From the NCBI GenBank assembly GCA_048885865.1, contig JBHLLF010000005.1, positions 32,001 through 96,000 on the forward strand: a stretch of 64,000 bases of DNA, written 5' to 3'. The position numbers and the translations under genes are program-made. Position 1 is the first letter of the stretch, and each line of letters opens with the position of its first letter. Positions 45,635 through 56,080 of the stretch are shown here, piece by piece. This stretch comes from Candidatus Hermodarchaeota archaeon (GTDB taxonomy: Archaea; Asgardarchaeota; Thorarchaeia; Thorarchaeales; Thorarchaeaceae). The notes below the pieces were generated by a model, which was given only the letters and a program-made list of their open reading frames with translations, was not told the origin of the DNA and ran no database searches.

Positions 45635-46618
45635 CTATCCATCTACTCTCAGTCTAGTCCACCAATTTGTGATTCGATGCCAGTGATTCTGTACATCCTC
45701 GATACGGTACTTGTATGCCGCGAATGTTAGCACAACGAACGTAATCAGGAATAATCCTATTGTCAGACCCAGTAGAATCGGTGACCCGTAGAAATAATCT
45801 GGACCCTGTACAAGCGGGTCTGAACCTACCTTGAAGTTCTCGTTAATGAAATTCATGAATGTGTGTGCTGTTATGGTCCCAACTAGAGTGCGACGACTCG
45901 AGAAGTTCTCATAATAATAGCCATAGAATAACGCGAATATCGTAGAGAATACCACTAGTGAGATTGCCTGTCCAACAGAGAAGCCACTATCAAGTCCATT
46001 CACTATTGGCCAAGTGACATGCCATATGCCAAATAGTAGTCCCGAGAGGAAAATTGCACCAAAGGTCGATGTTCTCTCTCTGAAAGTGTTCTGTAAGAGA
46101 CCTCTGAAAAGGACCTCTTCTAGGAACCCATTTGTGAGGAAGAAGAGGAACAGGTACCATAGAATATCTACATTGAGAATCACGAATGAAACATTGTAAG
46201 TTGGGTCCAGGGCTCCATAGATGATCTTGGGAAACACATTCAGCATGAGATGCCATGCCGCAAAGATGCCAATTCCCAACACAATTTGGGTCCGAAAATA
46301 GGGTCCCTTGGCTAGACCAAGAACAGAACTGAACTCAGTCCTTCTATATTTCCAAAACACTCCAGCTATAATGAGCAATGGGAACAGCTTGGAGGGCATG
46401 ATGTTTATCCATGTGTCCCCTAAACCGAGGACAAAGATGTCTACGATTCGCCAGACTACCGCTACAAGGAAAAGAAGCCCGGCAAGGGGCAAAAGCCCTA
46501 TCTTTGAGAGAGGGTGCTCAGAAATCTGTTCCTTGCTTTGAGGTTCCTGAGCCACTTCAGTAATTGTCATTTGAGATACCTCTAGTGTTGTATCGCTTCC
46601 AGTTGAGAGTCCTATCAT
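45635..46618 (-). CDS. CPBP (CAAX/Abi) intramembrane protease
   Basis: EEVLFRG, FGIWH, AHTFMN. Confidence 0.88.
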   Translation of the reverse strand: MIGLSTGSDTTLEVSQMTITEVAQEPQSKEQISEHPLSKIGLLPLAGLLFLVAVVWRIVDIFVLGLGDTWINIMPSKLFPLLIIAGVFWKYRRTEFSSVLGLAKGPYFRTQIVLGIGIFAAWHLMLNVFPKIIYGALDPTYNVSFVILNVDILWYLFLFFLTNGFLEEVLFRGLLQNTFRERTSTFGAIFLSGLLFGIWHVTWPIVNGLDSGFSVGQAISLVVFSTIFALFYGYYYENFSSRRTLVGTITAHTFMNFINENFKVGSDPLVQGPDYFYGSPILLGLTIGLFLITFVVLTFAAYKYRIEDVQNHWHRITNWWTRLRVDG

Positions 46619-46666
46619 TGGAATTTAAAGACCGAAAAACGTCGAGTTTCTGAAAAAGGGTGGCTG

Positions 46667-46691
46667 AGATTCCTCGAGGCTGGAGGAATCT
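46667..46691 (-). terminator. Inverted repeat downstream of the 7-TM gene
   Basis: AGATTCCTC/GAGGAATCT, followed on minus by CCCTTTTT. Confidence 0.5.
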
Positions 46692-46709
46692 TCAATTCAC
46701 CGCACAATG

Positions 46710-47429
46710 CTAGTAAGCCGCTGTTGCTACTTCAACGGCATGAGCAGTGGCCTGTTCCCGTTTGTACCATGGATTCACCATAGCTACTGTATAGGTGATG
46801 ACACTTATCGCAGTGATAATATCTGCGACAAAGCCTATTCCCATGGCCATCATGGCGACTTTACCACCCTGACTTATGATAGAGAGAATGGTAGCGAATA
46901 CCATGAGGTCACTTCGAACCTCCTTGAGTCTACCAGTTTTCCAAGTTATGGTGAACATGACGAGCCAGCCCACCATCAGTACTAGCAGAAAGGGGATTAC
47001 CATTGTCATGATTTGCTCTCGGCTTGTGCCAAGAAGAGTGGCTGCAATCCAATAGATTGCAAATGCCGCAGTGATTTTGTTGTAATGTCGTTTCAACCTT
47101 GGAGCTAGAACGGTAAGAAGCACAATCACCATTGGGATGACCATCACCAATACCACAAATGCACGTATACGAAACATCTCAACAGAATCTCCGATTACGC
47201 CTAGCAAAGGTAAGGCCTGAAGAACTTGGCTTACTGCTGAGCTGATGAAGATTATACTGAACATCAATGGAAGATCAGTATAGAGCCTGTTTTCTTGCTT
47301 TCTCCACAGAAAATAGAGGTACGTGGACAGACAGAAAGACAGGAAAGCAGTCGTTAGACTAGAGATTACTGTTGGATCCAGAATAGTCTGCAAAGTCATC
47401 GGAACTCCTTGATATGGACAAACTTTCAT
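46710..47429 (-). CDS. Hypothetical 7-TM membrane protein
   Basis: Seven hydrophobic segments with basic loops; likely start at MTLQ. Confidence 0.75.
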   Translation of the reverse strand: MKVCPYQGVPMTLQTILDPTVISSLTTAFLSFCLSTYLYFLWRKQENRLYTDLPLMFSIIFISSAVSQVLQALPLLGVIGDSVEMFRIRAFVVLVMVIPMVIVLLTVLAPRLKRHYNKITAAFAIYWIAATLLGTSREQIMTMVIPFLLVLMVGWLVMFTITWKTGRLKEVRSDLMVFATILSIISQGGKVAMMAMGIGFVADIITAISVITYTVAMVNPWYKREQATAHAVEVATAAY

Positions 47430-47546
47430 GCGGATGTTGATTATTAAGGACCCCAGAATTCTTTCAGATGGGATATTCTCTCATTTTTGCATCAAATCTG
47501 CTCCCTATCATCGGGTTGCTACTGTGAACAAAATGTGTATCCAGTG

Positions 47547-48518
47547 CTACATACCAAATGACTGTTTCAAAACCTCTGCATTTACGTAACCTGCTTTGTA
47601 GGTCTTACCCTTGACAATGTCATTAAGGGTGATTTCTGCAGGACTGAAGAGAAGCGGATCGACTTTATAGAAGTCGAATTCGAAACTCTTGAACAGCTTG
47701 AAGAAGGGCTGACCATACTGCTTAGATGCTGAAGACGGTGCTTTCTCTACGAGGTCTGCAAGGTCATCCTCCTCATCCGGTCTGATGAAGTAGAACGTGC
47801 GCCCAGCATATAGAATACAGTCATTGGTGACCCCCATCGCCTTATTGTCATTCTTGGCTACTGGCCCTATAGGCGCAACACCATGTCCAGCTCGAATCTT
47901 GCTTGGGTCGAACTTCAGTTCGTGCAGTTTGTGTACACCCACTTCCACAACCCTCGCCGAGATTTGCACCGAACCAGCGACACAAGCGGTCGGCGTCATT
48001 ACACAATAGAGGTCTGAAGTTGAGATTCCACATTTCTCAGCAATGAAATTGGTGGCAAACTCGGGCGGTGGAGTTCGTGTTTCAAGCACAATCACACCAA
48101 CCTTGGCCTTGTCTTTATAGTCAAGCTCCTTGTAGAGCTTCTTCTCAACAACCGCCAGGGCTCTGGCCGGACCTGAGCCCATTGCAAAGTACTTCCCCTC
48201 GTCGCCCTTGATATCAACAAGCCATCCTGCAAATTGCGATCCCATTGTTGCAATCTTAGGATGATCAGTACTGACCACGACAGCGGGAAAGGTCATGTCG
48301 CCGACATGCTGGTGGGTTATCCTAACGGTTCCAAGACCTCCGAGACATATCTCCCCGACGAGTCTTCCAGCTTCAATTCCTCCGGACGCGTCAATGCCTG
48401 CATCAATCAGGGTTGCTCCATTACCCTGTTCCGTCACAGTGCAATTGAGTTGTTCCTTCTTATCCATCATCTCCTTGACAATCTCGAATGCCTTCTCGTT
48501 AACGCTTGGATCTTTCAT
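47547..48518 (-). CDS. mch: Methenyl-H4MPT cyclohydrolase
   Basis: ICLGGLG, SQFAGW, AMGSGPARAL, GSVQISARVVE, TNDCILY, DPLLFSPA. Confidence 0.96.
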   Translation of the reverse strand: MKDPSVNEKAFEIVKEMMDKKEQLNCTVTEQGNGATLIDAGIDASGGIEAGRLVGEICLGGLGTVRITHQHVGDMTFPAVVVSTDHPKIATMGSQFAGWLVDIKGDEGKYFAMGSGPARALAVVEKKLYKELDYKDKAKVGVIVLETRTPPPEFATNFIAEKCGISTSDLYCVMTPTACVAGSVQISARVVEVGVHKLHELKFDPSKIRAGHGVAPIGPVAKNDNKAMGVTNDCILYAGRTFYFIRPDEEDDLADLVEKAPSSASKQYGQPFFKLFKSFEFDFYKVDPLLFSPAEITLNDIVKGKTYKAGYVNAEVLKQSFGM

Positions 48519-48530
48519 ACTCTTCTCTCC

Positions 48531-49385
48531 TCAGAGCAAGTGTTGATTTGCTGCTTCACGCAGATAGATCTCCTGTTTCGGGTCGCCCTCTGCAAAGTCG
48601 CCCATGAACTTCGCCCATTTCTCAGCAAAGTCTAGATCTTCACTGATGAAGTCTGGTCTCCGAGACTTCAAGTATTTCAGGTAGTAGTTCGTGAACTCCC
48701 TCTCAGAACTGCCGCTGAACTTGTAGGTGGGTAGCAGCGAGTCCACCTTTCCAAGGCAGAATATCATGCCTTTCGTGGCTTCAACACCAAGACGGTCTGC
48801 GATATTCCCCACAACTATGATTGTTCCACCCTTCATTCTGACTCCTGCAAGCGTGTCTACATCGCCTTTCACTGCAATGAAGCCCTTTCTCATATGGGCG
48901 CCCATCTCACGTCCTACATTGCCTGCGACATAGACCCGGCCTCCTTTCATCCCATCTGGACTGCCACGATACCCCGCACAGAGATAATCCCCAGCATCTC
49001 CTTCTATCTGGATGTTTCCGCCCTCCATCTCTGCAGCGGCCCATGAGCCTACGGAGCCCTTGACATGTATTCTGCCTGCTATCATCTCAGCACCTAGATA
49101 CATGCCAACATCTCCTTCTACCGTGATCCTCCCACCATTCATGCCTTTGCCTATCATCTTGACATCTTTCAAATTGCCCCTCACAACGATCTCGGTCTCG
49201 TCGGCGGTGGCACCTGCATCTCCGGAGATATCAAAGAAGGTCGCAAGGTCCAGGGTCTGATTTCCTTGAAGAACTGACAACTTTCCTATCTCCGCAGCGC
49301 TCTTCCCTGCAAAATGAGTCGGAGTTATTGTGTCAGCCTCTAGAGGGATGTCCGGTTGTTTGGTCAACTTCAGATGCACAGTCAT
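48531..49385 (-). CDS. fwdC: Formylmethanofuran dehydrogenase subunit C
   Basis: Repeated G..M.GG.I.V.G beta-helix, YRG...GMKGG. Confidence 0.93.
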   Translation of the reverse strand: MTVHLKLTKQPDIPLEADTITPTHFAGKSAAEIGKLSVLQGNQTLDLATFFDISGDAGATADETEIVVRGNLKDVKMIGKGMNGGRITVEGDVGMYLGAEMIAGRIHVKGSVGSWAAAEMEGGNIQIEGDAGDYLCAGYRGSPDGMKGGRVYVAGNVGREMGAHMRKGFIAVKGDVDTLAGVRMKGGTIIVVGNIADRLGVEATKGMIFCLGKVDSLLPTYKFSGSSEREFTNYYLKYLKSRRPDFISEDLDFAEKWAKFMGDFAEGDPKQEIYLREAANQHLL

Positions 49386-49522
49386 AAGTCAGACCATCCT
49401 AATGACGATTTTCGAATCCTTACCTCCTCTTAAAACCTCTGAACGGCTGACCTACGCAAATAGGTAAGAAAGAAATAGCACAAGTGTTGCCCGTACTCAC
49501 ACCAAATACAGCGGTGTGTGAG

Positions 49523-50419
49523 ATGGAGATCAACGGTGTACCAGTCGAGGACACATTTGCAGAAGCATTTAGTATGCATATGAACAGGACTATCATCACA
49601 GCCTATGATCAGGAATGGGCCTATACGACTGCATTGGAAACAACAGGTTTTGGCACTTCAGTAATTATGGCTCCCGCAGAGGCGGGAATTGAGTACTTGC
49701 TTGGACCCGATGAAACCCCAGATGGCCGTCCAGGAGTCCGCGTGATCTTTGCAGTTGGATCAAAGAAGGCACTTGAGCCGCAACTGTTAGCTAGACTGGG
49801 TCAGTGTGTCCTTACAAGTCCAACAGCGAGCGCTTTCGATGACACACCTAATCCCAAGGACCTCTATGAGATAGGGAAAAAGGTTTCCTTGTTTGGAGAT
49901 GGCTATCAGACCAAGAAGGGCCCAATCGATGGAAGAGTTCTATGGCTCATCCCAAGAATGAGTGGAACATGCGTCATGCAGAATATGTTCGGTCGTGTGA
50001 AGGGAGTCGCTGGTGGCAATATTATCTACACCTGCAAGGACGTAAAGAGTGGCATGGAAAGTGGAAAGGCCGCGGTCAAGGCAATAGAGAAGGTTGAAGG
50101 CGCATACACACCATTCCCAGGAGGGCTTGTAGGCTCAGGATCAAAACCATCGTCGCGATATAAGGTCCTCTTTGCTTCGACAAACGAGAAGTTCTGTCCC
50201 ACATTACGTGCACTGGTACCTGATACAATGGTGCCCAAAGGAAGTGAGTTTGTTCAAGAGATAGTGATCAATGGCTTGACAAAAGAAGCTGTTGCCAAAG
50301 CGACCAAGGTCGCCATAGAAGAGGTCTGCAAGCATCCTGGCATCACAAAAATGACTGCAGGCAATTATGGCGGAAAGCTGGGAGAGCATCAGATTCATCT
50401 TCACGAGCTCTTCAAATAG
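49523..50419 (+). CDS. ftr: Formylmethanofuran-H4MPT formyltransferase
   Basis: MEINGV.VEDTFAEAF, TPDGRPG, RLGQCVLT, GSGSK, AGNYGGKLG. Confidence 0.96.
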   Translation: MEINGVPVEDTFAEAFSMHMNRTIITAYDQEWAYTTALETTGFGTSVIMAPAEAGIEYLLGPDETPDGRPGVRVIFAVGSKKALEPQLLARLGQCVLTSPTASAFDDTPNPKDLYEIGKKVSLFGDGYQTKKGPIDGRVLWLIPRMSGTCVMQNMFGRVKGVAGGNIIYTCKDVKSGMESGKAAVKAIEKVEGAYTPFPGGLVGSGSKPSSRYKVLFASTNEKFCPTLRALVPDTMVPKGSEFVQEIVINGLTKEAVAKATKVAIEEVCKHPGITKMTAGNYGGKLGEHQIHLHELFK

Positions 50420-50529
50420 GGCATTACAAAAACAAAGCGCACACACCCTGCTTCACGTCGAAAGCTTTATGTCCAAACTCAGTGCGGACTGCGAAATGAC
50501 ATCGCTCTAAGAGGGTTGTCATGACGGAT

Positions 50530-50607
50530 GCCTCAGTAGCTCAGACTGGTTAGATCGCCTCCTTGGTAAGGAGGAGGCCGAGGGTTCGAATCCCTCCTGG
50601 GGCTCCA
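50530..50607 (+). tRNA. tRNA-Thr(GGT), intronless
   Basis: GCCTCAG/CTGGGGC, CCTCC-TTGGTAA-GGAGG, GTTCGAATC, U73-CCA. Confidence 0.94.
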
Positions 50608-50625
50608 CTTCCTTCTATTCAGAAC

Positions 50626-50937
50626 TTACTTTGCCTCCATCTTTTCTATCTTGAAGATGACCGTTCTCATTCCATCGCCGCATGGCTGATAGGTGATCCC
50701 AGGTTCAGGATAGTTATAGTCTCCACCAAAATAGTAAATCATCAGCGTCGTATAGAGGTCTTGCCAAGCTTGTCCACAGAAATCCTTTGGCCTGTTCAAA
50801 TGATGGTCCACGATGAACTCCTCGCCCAGTTCATAGCTACATGGTTTTATCGGTTCTCCATCTCGCGAGATTTCGTGACCGAAAATCTCCTCTGGACTGA
50901 ATTTCCTCATCACAGTGACTTTCAGCTTTATTGTCAT
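50626..50937 (-). CDS. TIGR04076-like small Cys-containing protein
   Basis: PC...G.EF, P.DFC..AW, CGDGMRTVIFKIEK. Confidence 0.8.
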   Translation of the reverse strand: MTIKLKVTVMRKFSPEEIFGHEISRDGEPIKPCSYELGEEFIVDHHLNRPKDFCGQAWQDLYTTLMIYYFGGDYNYPEPGITYQPCGDGMRTVIFKIEKMEAK

Positions 50938-51031
50938 CTCTCGTTCCCCAATAGCCTTGAGTAGTAGAAAGTAGCACTCTGAAAGTATATGACTTATCCA
51001 CAGCGCAAAATGTGTTGGTATCGGCCCTCTA

Positions 51032-51665
51032 CTAATCATCATCATGGTTGTTGAATTCTGCCACTAGATATGAGAGGTCATCACATGCCGCTCGAAGGCG
51101 GTTGTCTCCACGTATCCTTCTAAAAGATGTAAACACTAGATAAGAGCCTATCAGAAGAAGGATGACTATACCAATAATGAGGCCAGTTATGAGTGGCAGA
51201 ACTTCACCTACTGAATAATAGCTTGAGGTCGCAATCAGAATGGTCAACAGAGACATCGGTATCGTCAGTATTCCGATTCCTGTTCGCAGTTCAGCCAAGT
51301 GCGTTCTCTTCTCTGCATCAATTGTGCGAATGAATGCCAGAGAGGTTCTCAAATTGCTCATTTGTGTTCGTTCATCAAGCTCGTCAGTATATGCTGTCAA
51401 TATAGTCCCTTCATTGGTCTTCGAGTAGAGGGTCTTTAGGTCTCGATTTTCCAGTGTGTTTTCGCCGTCTAGCAAACAAGCGGGTGGCTTCCTCTGGACC
51501 CACCAACTCTGATACTCTCCTAAAAGCCTCAGGATCGTCCTCCTTGTCCAGCCACTTTTCAATCTCCTTCGCAATCGAAGGAGCCAAGTCCTTTGCAAGC
51601 TTCTTCTTACGACCTTTTCTATCTAGGTCGAAATCATCTGGACCAAGAAGGCTCATCTTACTCAT
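51032..51665 (-). pseudogene. Membrane protein apparently split by a 1-nt frameshift (or two small genes)
   Basis: Overlapping ORFs 51411-51665 and 51032-51598 join if one T is removed at 51474-51476; 3' part is DUF202-like (RTHLAELRTG plus two TM). Confidence 0.45.
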
Positions 51666-51777
51666 AATCGACTACCTACTCGACAGTTAAGACCTTATGC
51701 CTTACTGACATTTTCAAAACTGTGAATTGAGAAAAGAAAAGAGGGGGTTATGAGCCGAGTGTCAAGAGGAATCCTGA

Positions 51778-53466
51778 GTGCCAGAGAGAAATTCTGGAAA
51801 CCTTCCGTGGTGGAAAAAGACTACTGTGTATCAGATTTACCCCCGCAGTTTCAGGGACAGCTCGGGCAATGGAATCGGAGACATTCCTGGAATAATCTCA
51901 AAGCTGGACTATTTGCGGCATTTGGGAATTGAAACCATCTGGTTTTCGCCCTTCTTCTCAAGCCCTCAAGCCGATCACGGATATGATGTAAGCAACTATC
52001 GAAACATCGCACCAGAGTATGGCACGATGGCTGATTGTGACAGTCTCATTCAGGAGATTCACCATCGGGGCATGTACGTTGTGTTTGATATGGTTCTCAA
52101 CCACACCAGTAATCAGCATTCATGGTTCCTGGAATCTCGTTCAAGTCGAGAGAATCCAAAGCGTGATTGGTACATCTGGCGTGACGGTCGAAAACCAGGG
52201 GGCAAGAAGCCCCCGAATAACTGGAAATCCATGGTAGGAGGTTCAGGATGGCATTATGATGGACTGACCGAGCAATGGTATTGGGCTCAATTTCTCCCTT
52301 TCCAGCCAGACCTCAATTATCGTAATCCTGAGGTCAAGAGGGAGATGTTTGATACAATGCGATTCTGGTTGGACAAGGGAGTGGATGGATTTCGCCTCGA
52401 CATCATCAATACAATCTACGAGGATGAACAGCTCAGAAACAATCCGTTTGCATTCTCTCTCTTACCGTCTGATGAAGACGCGAGGAGTATGTTCCAGAAC
52501 AATATCCACACAATCAACCACCCTGAGAACTATGCCTTCGTGAAGGAATTGAGGCGCATCACAGATGAATACTCCAACCCTGAACGATTCCTGGTTGGAG
52601 AAGTCACGTCCTCGCTTGAAGTATTGAAGAAATATTCCGGTGAGATTGTAGATTCTACAACAGATGGCCTTCACCTGACTTTTCAATTCCAATCACTCAA
52701 TGTCAAACCAGCTGCAGAAGCGATACGAAATTTGATTGAAGAATATGAACGATTCTTCCCCGAACCATACATGCCAACATGGGTATTCTCCAATCATGAT
52801 CAGACACGTCGGATCAGTAAAATTCGTAATGATATTGCACTGGCAAAGCTCAATGTCATGATACAACTGACTGCCCGGGGAATTCCTTTCATCTATTACG
52901 GTGAAGAGATTGGTATGCCCAGCCACAAAATTCCACTAAAGAGAGGACAGGATCCTGTAGCTAAGAAATTCAGTAGGATCCCTCAGTTTGTTGCTAATCT
53001 CCTGACAAGAAGCGGGAGGATCACTCTTAATCGGGATGAATGCAGAACCCCAATGCAATGGGACACATCACCAAATGCAGGCTTCTGTCCAGAAGATTCT
53101 GACCCATGGCTACCGATAGCACCGGGTTTCGAAGAAATCAATGTAGAGATTGAGAAGGCAGATGGCAATTCACTGTTTCATTTCTACAGGGAATTGTTGC
53201 ATCTTCGTAGAAACACACCGGCACTTCATTCAGGCACACTGAATTTGATTGAATTGCAAACCAATCGAAAGAATGTTCTCGCCTTTGAACGGAAATTCGA
53301 CAGACAGATAGTGCAGGTCTGGTTGAATATGTCTAGGAAGAGCATTTCAGTTGAGAAACCGCAAGCTCCACCCAAGATTTTATTCTCTGCATTGAGCGGC
53401 TCACACACAATTGGAGATGATATTATCCGATTGGAACCACTTCAGGGAATCATCCTTGAGTTGTAG
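51778..53466 (+). CDS. GH13 alpha-glucosidase/oligo-1,6-glucosidase
   Basis: WWK..VYQIYPRSF, DMVLNH, QPDLN, DGFRLD, GE, SNHD, YYGEE. Confidence 0.93.
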   Translation: MPERNSGNLPWWKKTTVYQIYPRSFRDSSGNGIGDIPGIISKLDYLRHLGIETIWFSPFFSSPQADHGYDVSNYRNIAPEYGTMADCDSLIQEIHHRGMYVVFDMVLNHTSNQHSWFLESRSSRENPKRDWYIWRDGRKPGGKKPPNNWKSMVGGSGWHYDGLTEQWYWAQFLPFQPDLNYRNPEVKREMFDTMRFWLDKGVDGFRLDIINTIYEDEQLRNNPFAFSLLPSDEDARSMFQNNIHTINHPENYAFVKELRRITDEYSNPERFLVGEVTSSLEVLKKYSGEIVDSTTDGLHLTFQFQSLNVKPAAEAIRNLIEEYERFFPEPYMPTWVFSNHDQTRRISKIRNDIALAKLNVMIQLTARGIPFIYYGEEIGMPSHKIPLKRGQDPVAKKFSRIPQFVANLLTRSGRITLNRDECRTPMQWDTSPNAGFCPEDSDPWLPIAPGFEEINVEIEKADGNSLFHFYRELLHLRRNTPALHSGTLNLIELQTNRKNVLAFERKFDRQIVQVWLNMSRKSISVEKPQAPPKILFSALSGSHTIGDDIIRLEPLQGIILEL

Positions 53467-53524
53467 TCAAATGTGGGCTCCGCTATTCTTATAACCGTAA
53501 GTAAGGACCCTCCGTCTACCAACA

Positions 53525-53634
53525 GGGTCGGTGGTCTAGCTTGGCTATGATTCCTGGTTTGGGACTTGCTGACCATCAGGGTCTGCGAGCAAGTCTCCAG
53601 GGGATCAGGAGTTCGAATCTCCTCCGGCCCACCA
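53525..53634 (+). tRNA. tRNA-Pro(TGG) with 32-nt intron at 37/38 (53564-53595)
   Basis: GGGTCGG/CCGGCCC, CCTGG-TTTGGG|T-CCAGG, BHB helix TTTG/CAAG, encoded CCA. Confidence 0.93.
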
Positions 53635-53719
53635 CTTTTGGAAGGCTTGATTCGATACTTTCCCTGATAGATGTTTTAGAAGCGACTTCGGCAATAGTCG
53701 AAATCCTTATCACTGAAAT

Positions 53720-54460
53720 GTGAGAGGGCTTGCTATGTCAATGCAGTCGTCTGTCAGAGAGAGACTTGCACGACGCATTGCCGGCGAGATAGCATTGTCT
53801 AATCACCCTGGGCAGACAATGCGTGTCTGGAGAGAACGCTTTCGACTTCCTCAAATCGAGCTTGCTGACTACATTGGTATAAGTCCGAGTGTCATCAGTG
53901 ATTATGAATCAGGGCGGAGGAAATCGCCGGGGACATCAACTATACGACGTTTTGTGATGGCACTGATATCTCTTGACGAACGTAATGGAGGTCAAGTGAT
54001 TGCTGCATTTGTTCGACTCATGGATGTAAGTCTGGTTGACCTCAACATAGTCTTGGCCATGAGCGATTTCCTTTCCCCTATTACTATGGACGATTTCTGC
54101 AAGCGGTTGAAATGCAGTGTCAAAACTGGGATGAATCTCCTAAGCAAGGAGATCTATGGATACACTTTGGTTGACGTTGAGCGGGCTGTGAAAGAGCTTA
54201 GCAGTGAAGGGTTCTTGAAGCTCTTTGGTGCTACAACTGAACGATGCCTAATATTCACAAAGGCAAATACCGGACGCGCTCCAATGATTGCGATCAAATC
54301 TCAAGAATTCAAGCCAACTCTAGTAATCCTTCATGGCGTAGATGAGGTTGATAGACTTGCGCTTGAGCTCTCAGAACAGATGAGAATTCCTCTGGCAGTC
54401 AGTAAGATCAGCTCAATTGATGCGCTTGTTCGAGAACTCCGCAGCATCGATCCAGATTAG
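53720..54460 (+). CDS. Archaeal HTH transcriptional regulator
   Basis: IAGEI, WRERF, SPSVISDYESGRRKSPG, TGRAPMIAIK. Confidence 0.88.
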   Translation: MRGLAMSMQSSVRERLARRIAGEIALSNHPGQTMRVWRERFRLPQIELADYIGISPSVISDYESGRRKSPGTSTIRRFVMALISLDERNGGQVIAAFVRLMDVSLVDLNIVLAMSDFLSPITMDDFCKRLKCSVKTGMNLLSKEIYGYTLVDVERAVKELSSEGFLKLFGATTERCLIFTKANTGRAPMIAIKSQEFKPTLVILHGVDEVDRLALELSEQMRIPLAVSKISSIDALVRELRSIDPD

Positions 54461-55371
54461 CCAAGTATCATTTTCAAGATGGCCATCCTAGTGACCACGC
54501 CATTGTATACCTGGTCGAAGTATTTGGCATGTGGAGTGGTGTCAATATCTGGAGATAGCTCATCCACACGGGGAAGGGGGTGCAAGACAATTGCGTCCTC
54601 ACGCATCAGTTTGAGGTCATTAGCTGTGATTCGGAACTTGCCTCTAACCTCGTCATACTCATTGACATCAGGAAAGCGCTCCTTCTGAATGCGCGTCATA
54701 TAGACCACATCCACGTCGCTAATGGCGTCTTCAACAGATTCGACTTCGGTGACCTTTATGCCTGACTTCTTCATTTCCTCAACAATTGCTGGTTTCATTC
54801 TCAACGTGGGAGGAGCAGCCAGCTTGACATTGACATCGTAGTATGAGAGGGCCATCCCAAGAGAATGAACAGTTCTGCCGTACCTCAAATCTCCGCAGAG
54901 CGAGATTGATAGACCATCTATTTTGCCTTTTATCTTCTTGATGGAATATAGATCGAGGAGGGCTTGCGTCGGATGCTCTTCAGAACCACTGCCCGCATTG
55001 ATTATGGGAACGCTTGAGAACTCTGCTGCGACTCTTGCTGAACCATCTAAGGGGTGTCGTATCACAATGATGTCTGCGTATCTTTCAACTGTGCGGATGG
55101 TATCTGCAAGAGTTTCACCCTTACCTCCAGCCGATGAAGAGATGACATCTGCAAATCCAAGAACGCGACCGCCTAATCTGATCATTGCACTCTCAAATGA
55201 AAGCCGAGTTCTAGTTGAAGGTTCAAAGAAGAGTGTCGCCATGATTTTGCTACTCAGTTCGTTTGACCTCTCGACAGCAACAGACTCCATCTCCCCCGCG
55301 GTCTTGAGAATTCTGTCTATCGTTTCCCGGTCAAGGTCATGAATGCTGATTAGATTGTGAAGCCTTCCCAT
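54457..55371 (-). CDS. pyrB: Aspartate carbamoyltransferase catalytic subunit
   Basis: FFEPSTRTRLSF, HPTQALLD, RIQKER, HPLP. Confidence 0.97.
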   Translation of the reverse strand: MGRLHNLISIHDLDRETIDRILKTAGEMESVAVERSNELSSKIMATLFFEPSTRTRLSFESAMIRLGGRVLGFADVISSSAGGKGETLADTIRTVERYADIIVIRHPLDGSARVAAEFSSVPIINAGSGSEEHPTQALLDLYSIKKIKGKIDGLSISLCGDLRYGRTVHSLGMALSYYDVNVKLAAPPTLRMKPAIVEEMKKSGIKVTEVESVEDAISDVDVVYMTRIQKERFPDVNEYDEVRGKFRITANDLKLMREDAIVLHPLPRVDELSPDIDTTPHAKYFDQVYNGVVTRMAILKMILG

Positions 55372-55463
55372 CAGTTTCCGCTCCAGTTATTGGCCGATGT
55401 GCAACTGACGACGTACTTTAAGCTTTCCAGGGAATAGTTCCTCCTCCGAAGTTGGCGCGCATA

Positions 55464-55940
55464 CTAATCGGAAGAATTCCTCCCATATTTTCGAGGAATC
55501 TCGACTTGTCTTATTTTGAGTCCTGCTTCATCAATAAGCTGGGCTGCAAGCTTGTCCTCATAATGCTCGATGTACACTATCTCCTTGATTCCTGCATTGA
55601 TTAGGATCTTGGTGCAAATACTACAGGGCTTTGTTGTGCAGAATATCATAGCCCCATTCACACTCACACCATGATACGCAGCCTGTATGACGGCGTTCTG
55701 TTCTGCGTGAAGTCCTCGACACAGCTCATGTCGTTCACCTGGTTTGACGCCAAGCTCCTCACGCATACAGCCAACTTCTTCACAATGCTTCAGACCTTTT
55801 GGCGCTCCATTGTATCCGGTACTGAGAATCTGTGCCTCCTTTACGATAACGGCTCCTACTTGGTTTCTTAGGCAAGTGCTTCTCGATGATACCAAGTCTG
55901 CAATCTCGCAGAAGTAGACGTCCTTGCTTTTCCTTGCCAA
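55464..55940 (-). CDS. dCMP deaminase family protein
   Basis: RSTC, TGYNG, HAEQN, PCSIC; start trimmed to TTG 55940. Confidence 0.92.
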   Translation of the reverse strand: MARKSKDVYFCEIADLVSSRSTCLRNQVGAVIVKEAQILSTGYNGAPKGLKHCEEVGCMREELGVKPGERHELCRGLHAEQNAVIQAAYHGVSVNGAMIFCTTKPCSICTKILINAGIKEIVYIEHYEDKLAAQLIDEAGLKIRQVEIPRKYGRNSSD

Positions 55941-56080
55941 TATCAGAACAGCTCCTTGATTCTTGAGCAGACCGTTCGCTCTTATGAAGGTCTTTGTCCA
56001 TCCATCGTGGAATGGGAAAGGTAAAAAGAGCACTGGTCCTGTGAGCGCCTGTCCACGGAACTAAGGAGAATCTCGCAGTA

